DNA of 64,000 nucleotides from assembly GCA_905478765.1 (NCBI GenBank), contig CAJQJY010000014.1:47605-111604 (forward strand), given 5' to 3'. Below, one piece after another: positions 20,817 through 29,786 of this stretch. Origin of the DNA: an uncultured Flavobacteriales bacterium. Lineage in GTDB: Bacteria; Bacteroidota; Bacteroidia; Flavobacteriales; BACL11. A program made the translations under genes and the position numbers. The stretch's first letter is position 1. Each line of letters begins with the position of its first letter. The notes under the pieces are model-generated. The model saw only the letters and a list, made by a program, of their open reading frames with translations, was not told where the DNA came from and ran no database searches.

Positions 20817-22499
20817 ATGAGCGAAATTGACTTAGGAATGGATTTCCAAATGCCAAAAAACCAATCATCACAAATAAAAGTTATGGGAATAGGTGGTGGA
20901 GGAAGTAATGCTGTAAACTATATGTTTGAGCATGGGATTAATGGAGTAGATTTTGTAATCTGTAATACAGATTCACAAGCATTAGAAGCAAGTATTGTAC
21001 CTGTTAAAATACAGCTTGGAGCTTCTCTTACAGAGGGCTTGGGTGCTGGAGCTAATCCTGAAGTTGGAAGAAAGGCAGCAGAGGAAAGTGCTGATAGAAT
21101 TACTGAGCTTTTGGATGCAAATACTAAGATGTTATTTTTAACTGCAGGTATGGGAGGTGGTACTGGTACTGGTGCAGCCCCTGTAATTGCTGAAATTGCA
21201 AGGGAAAAAGGGATCCTTACTGTTGGTGTAGTTACTATTCCTTTTTCTACTGAGGGTGGTTTTAGAAAAAAGTATGCTGATGATGGTATTGCAGAGCTCA
21301 AAAAGTATGTAGATACACTTCTGGTAATTAATAATGAAAAACTAATTGAGGTGTATGGTGATTTAACTTTTACTCAAGCATTTGGTAAAGCGAATGAAGT
21401 TTTGAATACAGCCACTAAGGGGATCGCTGAAGTGATTTCACAGCACTTAATGGTTAATATTGATCTTAATGATGCAAGAAGAGTTTTAGAAAATAGCGGA
21501 ACGGCTGTAATGGGACAAGCTGAAGCTGAAGGTGAAAATAGAGCTATTGAAGCTGTAAAAGAAGCATTGGATTCTCCACTTTTAAATGATAACGATATAA
21601 CTGGCGCTCAGCAAGTATTGTTAAAAATTGTAACTGGTGCAGGTGAGGATGAAATAAAAATGTCAGAGTTGGCTAATATTAAAAATGCAATACAAAAGGC
21701 TGCAGGTACAAATGTTAATATTATTGAGGGTATTGGAATTGATGCTGATTTAGGGTCTAAAGTGAGTGTTACCGTTATTGCTACTGGATTTGAAGAAAGA
21801 AGAAAGCCAAAAGGGGAAAGAAAAGTTATCTTGGGAGAAGATTGCCTTGATAGTATTATTTCATTAGAAAATGAAGGTGTTTCTGAGCCTACTATTAATG
21901 CACAACAAACATTGTCTCTTGAAGATGAAATAGATTTTTCAATCCCTTATATTGATGATCCTATTGCTGAAGTTGCTCCTTCAGTAGTAAATGATGTAAT
22001 TGAATCAGTTGTTGATTCACAGAATAAACCAGAAAAAATTGTTTTTGATTTAGGAAATGAATTTGAAACTAAAGAAGTCGATATGCTTAATGAAACTGTT
22101 GAAGATGAAAGTCCTGATGAACTAATTGCTTCAATTATGTTAGATGAGAAAGTTCAAGAGGTACAACAAACTGTTGTACTGGATTTAGATATTGAGGAAG
22201 ATGTGATAGAAGAGCTAACTCTTAATTCAACCCAAACTGCTACTGTAAATACTGAGGTGATGAAAGTAGAAGCAAGAGAAAGAGAGAACAGGTTAAGGTC
22301 TATTTCAATGCAGTTGCGTACTCCTTCAGGATTAACTTCTTTGGAAGATGTTCCTGCTTACAAGCGTAATAACATTGAGTTGGATGAACCTACTCATTCA
22401 TCAGAAAGTGAAGTGTCTACTTATACTTTAACTAATGGAAATAATAATACTACAGAATTAAAGCAAAACAATTCTTTTTTGCACGATAATGTAGATTAA
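20817..22499 (+). CDS. ftsZ: cell division protein FtsZ (long C-terminal tail)
   Basis: Tubulin signature GGGTGTGAAP, N-terminal IKVMGIGGGGSNAV, and a C-terminal DVPAYKRNN peptide followed by an extension ending NNSFLHDNVD. Confidence 0.95.
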   Translation: MSEIDLGMDFQMPKNQSSQIKVMGIGGGGSNAVNYMFEHGINGVDFVICNTDSQALEASIVPVKIQLGASLTEGLGAGANPEVGRKAAEESADRITELLDANTKMLFLTAGMGGGTGTGAAPVIAEIAREKGILTVGVVTIPFSTEGGFRKKYADDGIAELKKYVDTLLVINNEKLIEVYGDLTFTQAFGKANEVLNTATKGIAEVISQHLMVNIDLNDARRVLENSGTAVMGQAEAEGENRAIEAVKEALDSPLLNDNDITGAQQVLLKIVTGAGEDEIKMSELANIKNAIQKAAGTNVNIIEGIGIDADLGSKVSVTVIATGFEERRKPKGERKVILGEDCLDSIISLENEGVSEPTINAQQTLSLEDEIDFSIPYIDDPIAEVAPSVVNDVIESVVDSQNKPEKIVFDLGNEFETKEVDMLNETVEDESPDELIASIMLDEKVQEVQQTVVLDLDIEEDVIEELTLNSTQTATVNTEVMKVEARERENRLRSISMQLRTPSGLTSLEDVPAYKRNNIELDEPTHSSESEVSTYTLTNGNNNTTELKQNNSFLHDNVD

Positions 22500-22525
22500 C
22501 GGAATGTAATTTGACTGTCTTTATA

Positions 22526-22566
22526 TTGAAAATCTCTATTGTATCAGTAGGGATTTTCAATTTATT
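22526..22566 (+). terminator. rho-independent terminator after ftsZ
   Basis: TTGAAAATCTCT ... AGGGATTTTCAA forms a 12-bp stem with one mismatch and an 11-nt loop, followed by TTTATT, 27 nt after the ftsZ stop. Confidence 0.6.
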
Positions 22567-22630
22567 ATGCAAAGCATAACACTATATTTTTGGTTACTTA
22601 TTTTTGTTCTGCAATCCAACTTATTGTATT

Positions 22631-23014
22631 ATGAAAAAACTAACACTACTTTTAATAGCACTAACTACATTTAACAATGTGAGTTATGCTTCTTTTCCTG
22701 TTACTGAAACTCAGCAAATAGAAATTGTAGAAACTACTACTTTAGAGTTGCCGACTTATAAAAGAGAGACGTCATTCTGTGCTATTTTATCTATAAGTTG
22801 TGCATTGCTTAGTTTTGGATTAGTGCAAAATCCATTGGCTGCAACTATAGTTGCATTATTAGGTGTTGTATTTGGTGTAATTGGCTTTAATAAAGAATTA
22901 AAAGGTTTAGCTATTTCTGGCTTTGTATTGTCTTTGATTATTTTCTTAGTATCATCTTTTATAACGTTTGTATTATTGTTATTTGGAGAAGATCCTACAA
23001 AATTAGGTGATTAA
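22631..23014 (+). CDS. small secreted/membrane protein, signal peptide ending SYA|SFPV plus three C-terminal TM helices
   Basis: Start trimmed to the ATG at 22631 (MKKLTLLLIALTTFNNVSYASFPV). The hydrophobic C-terminal half predicts TM helices. The first 24 codons are paralogous to the next gene. Confidence 0.5.
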   Translation: MKKLTLLLIALTTFNNVSYASFPVTETQQIEIVETTTLELPTYKRETSFCAILSISCALLSFGLVQNPLAATIVALLGVVFGVIGFNKELKGLAISGFVLSLIIFLVSSFITFVLLLFGEDPTKLGD

Positions 23015-23041
23015 ATTTTGTTAAATTTATTATTATCAATT

Positions 23042-23395
23042 ATGAAAAGAACACTACTAACTTTAATAACGCTAACTACATACATGAATGTGAGTTACGC
23101 TTCTTTTCCAATTTCAGACACTCTGGAGTTGCAACAAGATATTTTACAAACTGAAGAAATTAAGCAATATCATTATAGTTTACAACAAATGGGGATTGAT
23201 CTTAATACTTGCAAATGCGAAAGTTGTAGAAATGGTTTATATCCATTAACAAATAAGAGAGAAGTAAATAGGCCAATAAATCAATACCAAAGAATATTGA
23301 TACCAATAATAATAGCAATGGCAATTTTAGTAATCGTAATTGTGATTTTACTTTTTAGATGGGTTGATAATTTCAATAAATCTCATCAATATTAA
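23042..23395 (+). CDS. small secreted/membrane protein, signal peptide ending SYA|SFPI, CxCxxC segment and C-terminal TM anchor
   Basis: Start trimmed to the ATG at 23042 (MKRTLLTLITLTTYMNVSYASFPI). Contains CKCESC and a C-terminal TM helix (ILIPIIIAMAILVIVIVILLF). Confidence 0.5.
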   Translation: MKRTLLTLITLTTYMNVSYASFPISDTLELQQDILQTEEIKQYHYSLQQMGIDLNTCKCESCRNGLYPLTNKREVNRPINQYQRILIPIIIAMAILVIVIVILLFRWVDNFNKSHQY

Positions 23396-23422
23396 TTGTA
23401 TCTCCGTTGTAGAGATCGTAGT

Positions 23423-23454
23423 TAAAAAAAATCCCCACCAAACTGGCGAGGATT
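23423..23454 (-). terminator. rho-independent terminator of groES-groEL
   Basis: On the minus strand, AATCCTCGCC-AGTTT-GGTGGGGATT forms a 10-bp stem including two G-U pairs, followed by a T8 run, 25 nt after the groEL stop. Confidence 0.7.
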
Positions 23455-23479
23455 CTTGTTAATGTTTAGCTCATTCTGA

Positions 23480-25117
<1,638 letters not shown>

Positions 25118-25399
25118 TTATTTTATGATTGCTAAAATGTCCGATTCTCTCATTATAAGATAATCTTTTCCTTCATGTTGTAGTTCAGTTCCTCCATATT
25201 TTCCGTAGAGGATATTGTCCCCAACTTTTACCGTTATGGGGTTGTCTTTTGTTCCTTTTCCGCAAGCAATTACGCTACCTTTTTGTGGTTTTTCTTGTGC
25301 AGTATCAGGAATTATTATACCGCTAGCAGTTGTAGTTTCTGCTTCCGCTTGTTTAATAATAACTCTATCAGCAAGTGGAGTAATGTTTATCTTTGACAT
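25118..25399 (-). CDS. groES: co-chaperonin GroES
   Basis: 93 aa. PLADRVIIK...[14 protein letters not shown] mobile-loop pattern. Immediately upstream of groEL. Confidence 0.95.
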   Translation of the reverse strand: MSKINITPLADRVIIKQAEAETTTASGIIIPDTAQEKPQKGSVIACGKGTKDNPITVKVGDNILYGKYGGTELQHEGKDYLIMRESDILAIIK

Positions 25400-25437
25400 A
25401 TTTATATAATTTAATTTGTTAATTCTGATGTATACTA

Positions 25438-25455
25438 TTGCATAAAGTATGCCAA
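25438..25455 (-). promoter_or_regulatory. candidate sigma-54 (-24/-12) promoter in the groES leader
   Basis: Minus strand reads TTGGCATACTTTATGCAA. TGGCA and TGCA are spaced so that GG and GC are separated by exactly 10 nt (consensus TGGCAC-N5-TTGCA). The GC lies about 40 nt upstream of the groES ATG. Confidence 0.4.
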
Positions 25456-25525
25456 AGCAATATCAGCACAAAATAACTGAAATTATGTCAGATAAACTTA
25501 CAAAATAGGAAAATGTGTTGTTTGC

Positions 25526-25846
25526 TTACTCGCCAGCAGGTGCAGCAGGTAAGTTAGGGATTACAGCATCATCAATCATGTCTTGAGCTTTTATTTCAGT
25601 TGATTCTATAGTATTGTTTCTTGGTATTGCAAAGTTTGATGCTAATGATAAAACAATTAATGCAGTTGCCAAAAACCAAGTTGCTTTTTCTAAAAAGTCA
25701 GTGGTCTTTTTTGCTCCCATTATTTGGTTGCCTGCCCCACCACCAAATGATGAAGATAACCCTCCTCCTTTAGGATTTTGAACTAAAACAACTAATACTA
25801 ATAAGATTGAAGTGATGATAATTAGGATTGCAAAAATTGTGTACAT
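25526..25846 (-). CDS. secG: preprotein translocase subunit SecG
   Basis: 106 aa, two TM helices flanking a Gly-rich loop (LVQNPKGGGLSSSFGGGAGNQIMG). Confidence 0.75.
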   Translation of the reverse strand: MYTIFAILIIITSILLVLVVLVQNPKGGGLSSSFGGGAGNQIMGAKKTTDFLEKATWFLATALIVLSLASNFAIPRNNTIESTEIKAQDMIDDAVIPNLPAAPAGE

Positions 25847-25847
25847 T

Positions 25848-26519
25848 TTATTTTTTATTTAATTTATTTATCAATTTAATTTGTTCTGCAAAGAAACTAC
25901 TTTTTTCTGGATATTTCAGAATTAATTTCTCATAAGCTAAAATAGCTTTACCATAATGCTTTTGCTCTAGGTAAACCTTTGCTAATGTTGGGGTAACTAA
26001 TTCATTATTTTTTATCAGACTTTCTTTAGCAGCATCTGATGCTTTAAAAAATACTTCTTTTTTTGGTCTGCTTATTTTTACTTCTTTTTCTAAAAATTTA
26101 TTAACCAAGTTAGTTGCTTTAGTTTGTTCTTCTCTTTCAACTTTCTTAACTTTTATTAAAGTTAGCCATTCCGAAAATGAGTGATTATCACCTTCAGAAA
26201 ACTCCAAAGGTTTTCCAATCTCTAATTGTTCTTTAGCTGTTTCTGTTTTTTCTTCCTTGCTAATTATCGCTTCAGATTTTGTGATGTTGTTTAAAGTAAT
26301 TAAGCTAAAAAGTTTCTGTCTGTCCAAGCAATAAGCAGCAGCTTTTTTAAGCTGTCGGTTATATCTAATGCTGTTAGTATTCAATAATCCTTTGGTTAGT
26401 AAAAGTTGTGCGCTACTAAAATAGGGGTGTTTTATTAGATAAGCATCTAATTTACTGACATCAGCATTCGTTATTTCTTGCGGATTATTAATTAAGGATA
26501 TGAATTTTTCGTTTACCAA
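25848..26519 (-). CDS. hypothetical protein with C-terminal TPR-like motif
   Basis: 223-aa ORF in tight operon context. C-terminal AKVYLEQKHYGKAILAYEKLILKYPE is TPR-like. No family recognised. Confidence 0.5.
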   Translation of the reverse strand: MVNEKFISLINNPQEITNADVSKLDAYLIKHPYFSSAQLLLTKGLLNTNSIRYNRQLKKAAAYCLDRQKLFSLITLNNITKSEAIISKEEKTETAKEQLEIGKPLEFSEGDNHSFSEWLTLIKVKKVEREEQTKATNLVNKFLEKEVKISRPKKEVFFKASDAAKESLIKNNELVTPTLAKVYLEQKHYGKAILAYEKLILKYPEKSSFFAEQIKLINKLNKK

Positions 26520-27010
26520 TTCACAAAGGCTTTATTAAATACATCTTCAATTAATTCTTTACTTATTTCTTCAATAAGTCCCTCTTCCACATCAACTATA
26601 TTTTCTGAACTTGCATAATCTCTATATCTAGTAAAAGTAGTTTCAAAGTTTTGTTTATCATCAAAACTATTGTTGTATTTTAATTTTATGGCTATAGTTA
26701 ATCTGTTTTGACTGGCGGTTTCATTTGCCTTTATTGCCATTGGTTTTATCTGATATTTTGTAATATATCCGCTAAAAGACAAATCACCTTCATTCTCAGT
26801 CATTTCTAAGTTGGTTTGTCCAGCAAAAGCATCAATTAAGCCATCAGTAATTACTTGGCTTAATGAGGGTTGTACTATTGCTGCCTTATTACTTATGTGT
26901 TGCACAGAGATAGTTTTCGCTTCGGTTGGTATTGATGCTCCAGTAAAAGAATAAACTCCACAAGAAACAACTAGGGTGCTAAGTGATATAAGGCTTAAAA
27001 ATAGCTTCAT
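26513..27010 (-). CDS. LptE-like LPS-assembly lipoprotein
   Basis: Lipobox LVVSCG, 165 aa. The N-terminal CGVYSFTGASIP pattern resembles Bacteroidota proteins that I recall being annotated as LptE family. Confidence 0.55.
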   Translation of the reverse strand: MKLFLSLISLSTLVVSCGVYSFTGASIPTEAKTISVQHISNKAAIVQPSLSQVITDGLIDAFAGQTNLEMTENEGDLSFSGYITKYQIKPMAIKANETASQNRLTIAIKLKYNNSFDDKQNFETTFTRYRDYASSENIVDVEEGLIEEISKELIEDVFNKAFVNW

Positions 27011-28182
27011 TACAATCCGAATTCTTTTAATTTACGGTAAAGAGTTCGCTCAGATATTCCTAGTTCAGCAGCTGCATCTTTCCTTTTACCTTTATGTTTT
27101 AATAATGATTTTTCTACCAATCTTTTTTCTTGTTCAAATAATGATAATGACTCCTCAACTTCAATTGTTTTTGGTTCGTTCTGCTGATTTAAAACAAAAT
27201 TATTATCATCATTTTCGTTAAAAATTCTAGGATTAACTGATTGCATAATTTCAGCGTTTCCTTCTTTTTGCATCAGGTCAAAAGTAATCTTTTTAAGTTC
27301 AGATAAGTCTCTTTTCATGTCGAAAAGTACTTTGTAAAGTATTTCCCTCTCTGATAAATCTGATTTATTTTTATCCTCAAACTTAACTAAACCACTAGTA
27401 GAAATATTAGGTAACTGCTCTTTTAATCTGTTAGAAGTTATCATTCTTTCTTCTGCCATTATTGATAATTGTGCTACAAAATTCATCAATTGCCTGATGT
27501 TTCCTGGCCAATTGTAGTTTTTAAGAACCTCAACCGCTTCATCAGTTAGTTTAACGGGGGGGGTGTTATATTGATCTGCAAAATCAGCCGCAAACTTCCT
27601 AAAAAGCAGGTGAATATCATTCCCTCTATCTCTTAGTGGAGGGAGATTAATGCTGATTGTATTTAATCTGTAAAATAGATCCTCTCTAAATTTTCCTTCC
27701 TTTACAGCTTTAGGTAAATTTACATTTGTAGCGGCAATAATTCTCACATCAGTTGTGTATGCTTTAGATGAACCTACCTTTAGGAATTCTCCATTTTCAA
27801 GTACTCTTAATAATCTTGCTTGTGATGCCATAGGTAATTCTCCTACTTCATCAAGGAAAATAGTCCCTCCATCAGCAGCTTCAAAGTATCCTTTTCGGCT
27901 ATCATGTGCACCTGTAAACGATCCCTTTTCATGTCCAAATAGTTCAGAATCTATTGTTCCCTCAGGTATTGCTCCACAATTAACAGCAATATAAGGGTTG
28001 TGTTTTCTTTTACTATTTTGATGAATAATTTTTGGAATATTTTCTTTTCCTGTTCCACTTTCACCAATAACTAATATTGATATGTCGGTAGGAGAAACTT
28101 GCAAGGCTACATCAATTGCTCTTTCTAGTTTTCTATCGTTTCCAATTATGCCAAATCTTTGTTTTGCTTGTTTTGAATTCAT
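27010..28182 (-). CDS. sigma-54-dependent transcriptional activator (AAA+ plus Fis-type HTH, no sensory domain)
   Basis: Walker A GESGTGKE, GAFTGA-loop variant GSFTGA, Walker B FLDEVGEL, R-finger region, C-terminal HTH AAAELGISERTLYRKLKEFGL. The AAA+ domain starts within ~10 residues of the N-terminus. Confidence 0.85.
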   Translation of the reverse strand: MNSKQAKQRFGIIGNDRKLERAIDVALQVSPTDISILVIGESGTGKENIPKIIHQNSKRKHNPYIAVNCGAIPEGTIDSELFGHEKGSFTGAHDSRKGYFEAADGGTIFLDEVGELPMASQARLLRVLENGEFLKVGSSKAYTTDVRIIAATNVNLPKAVKEGKFREDLFYRLNTISINLPPLRDRGNDIHLLFRKFAADFADQYNTPPVKLTDEAVEVLKNYNWPGNIRQLMNFVAQLSIMAEERMITSNRLKEQLPNISTSGLVKFEDKNKSDLSEREILYKVLFDMKRDLSELKKITFDLMQKEGNAEIMQSVNPRIFNENDDNNFVLNQQNEPKTIEVEESLSLFEQEKRLVEKSLLKHKGKRKDAAAELGISERTLYRKLKEFGL

Positions 28183-29624
28183 AATACGGTGCCTTTTAAA
28201 GTTGCAGAAGTACAGTCATCAATTTTTACCATTATATAATCTCCTAATTTATGGGTTCCTTTTTCAAAAATAACTGAAGCATTATGTGTTGTTCTTCCGT
28301 ACAAATGATTATTTGATTTTTTTGAAAACCCTTCAACCAATACCTCATAAGTTTTTCCAACTTTGGCTTTCATGTTTTTTAAAGAATGCTGTTGTTGTTT
28401 TTCAATAATCTCAGCAAGTCTTCTTTGTTTTTCCTTAGGTGTAACATCATCTTCAAATCTTGCAGCTGGAGTGTTAGGCCTTACTGAATATTTGTACATG
28501 TATCCAAAAGCATATTCCACATAATCCATTAATGATAAGGTTTCTTGATGGTCCTCCTTAGTTTCTGTGCAAAATCCTGCAATCATATCCATTGATATTG
28601 TGCAGTCAGGTATTCTTTGTTTTATATTATCAATTAAAGTAATGTATTTTGCTCTGTCATATCCTCTTTTCATTACTTCTAATAGTCGGCTACTGCCTGA
28701 TTGTACTGGCAAATGAATATAGTTGCAAATATTGTTGTGTTTTGCCATAACATCAATTACATCTATTCCCATATCTTGCGGGTTTGATGTAGAAAATCTT
28801 ATTCTTAATAGTGGATTTACTTTTGCAACTCTATCTAGTAAGTTAGAAAATTTGATGCAATTCTCTTGATTTTCATTAGTTGCTTTTTTAAAGTCTTTTT
28901 TGGCTCCACCACCATACCAAAGGTAAGAGTCAACATTTTGCCCTAGTAGTGTTATTTCACGATACCCATCATTAAATAAGTCATTACATTCCTTTAAAAT
29001 GCTTTCAGGATCTCTACTTCTTTCCCTTCCTCTTGTAAATGGTACTACACAAAAAGTGCACATATTATCACATCCTCTAGTGATAGAAACAAATGCTGTA
29101 ACTCCATTCCCTCCAAGTCTTACTGGGTTGATGTCAGCATATGTTTCTTCAAGAGATAAAATAACATTAATTGCTTTTTTTCCATCTTCAACTTCTTTAA
29201 TTAGGTTTGGTAAATCTCTGTAAGCATCAGGCCCTACAACAATATCTACTAATTTTTCTTCTTCTAAAAATTTAGATTTTAATCTTTCGGCCATGCATCC
29301 CAATACCCCAACTAGCATTTTTGAGTTTTTATCTCTTTTTATTGAATTGTAGAATTCTAATCTTTTTCTTACAGTTTGTTCTGCTTTTTCACGAACTGAG
29401 CAAGTATTTACAAAAACTATATCAGCTTCTGTGATGTCTTGTGTAGTTGAAAATCCTTCTTTTATTAAAATTGATGCAACTATCTCACTATCAGAGAAAT
29501 TCATCTGACAACCATAGCTTTCAAGGTACATCTTTTTTGTTGATTTTTCAGATGTAGGAATGCTTAAGGCATCTCCTTGCTTGCTTTCATCAATTTCTTT
29601 TCCAAATAATTTTTCTTGGTCCAT
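28179..29624 (-). CDS. miaB: tRNA-2-methylthio-N6-dimethylallyladenosine synthase MiaB
   Basis: UPF0004 N-terminal Cys cluster (YGCQMN ... NTCSVR ... GCMA), radical-SAM CDNMCTFCVVP, C-terminal TRAM domain. Confidence 0.9.
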   Translation of the reverse strand: MDQEKLFGKEIDESKQGDALSIPTSEKSTKKMYLESYGCQMNFSDSEIVASILIKEGFSTTQDITEADIVFVNTCSVREKAEQTVRKRLEFYNSIKRDKNSKMLVGVLGCMAERLKSKFLEEEKLVDIVVGPDAYRDLPNLIKEVEDGKKAINVILSLEETYADINPVRLGGNGVTAFVSITRGCDNMCTFCVVPFTRGRERSRDPESILKECNDLFNDGYREITLLGQNVDSYLWYGGGAKKDFKKATNENQENCIKFSNLLDRVAKVNPLLRIRFSTSNPQDMGIDVIDVMAKHNNICNYIHLPVQSGSSRLLEVMKRGYDRAKYITLIDNIKQRIPDCTISMDMIAGFCTETKEDHQETLSLMDYVEYAFGYMYKYSVRPNTPAARFEDDVTPKEKQRRLAEIIEKQQQHSLKNMKAKVGKTYEVLVEGFSKKSNNHLYGRTTHNASVIFEKGTHKLGDYIMVKIDDCTSATLKGTVL

Positions 29625-29786
29625 TCTTTACGTATAATTAATTGCAAAAATAGTAAAAATATGACAATGTGTCAGTATATCATTTTACTTATATTATAAA
29701 TAATATAATGGAAACTGACACAATTTTTTGTTTTTTTTATGTCAAAAAAGTTTTTTTAATTTGCACAAAATTCAAAGACAAAAAAT

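Noticed and set aside
20918-21301. 127-aa minus-strand ORF inside ftsZ.
   Set aside because: It is antisense to the conserved tubulin-like core of ftsZ. The product is a Pro/Ala/Ser-rich mirror-frame artefact.
22565-22579. Short perfect palindrome TTATGCaaaGCATAA just after the ftsZ terminator.
   Set aside because: It is a 6-bp AT-rich stem with a 3-nt loop, which is too small to distinguish from chance, and no second copy occurs in the window.
25400-25525. Searched the groES leader for a CIRCE element (TTAGCACTC-N9-GAGTGCTAA).
   Set aside because: No such inverted repeat is present on either strand. Only the sigma-54-like element and the CTGATATTGC/GCAATA-N7-TCAG repeat were seen.
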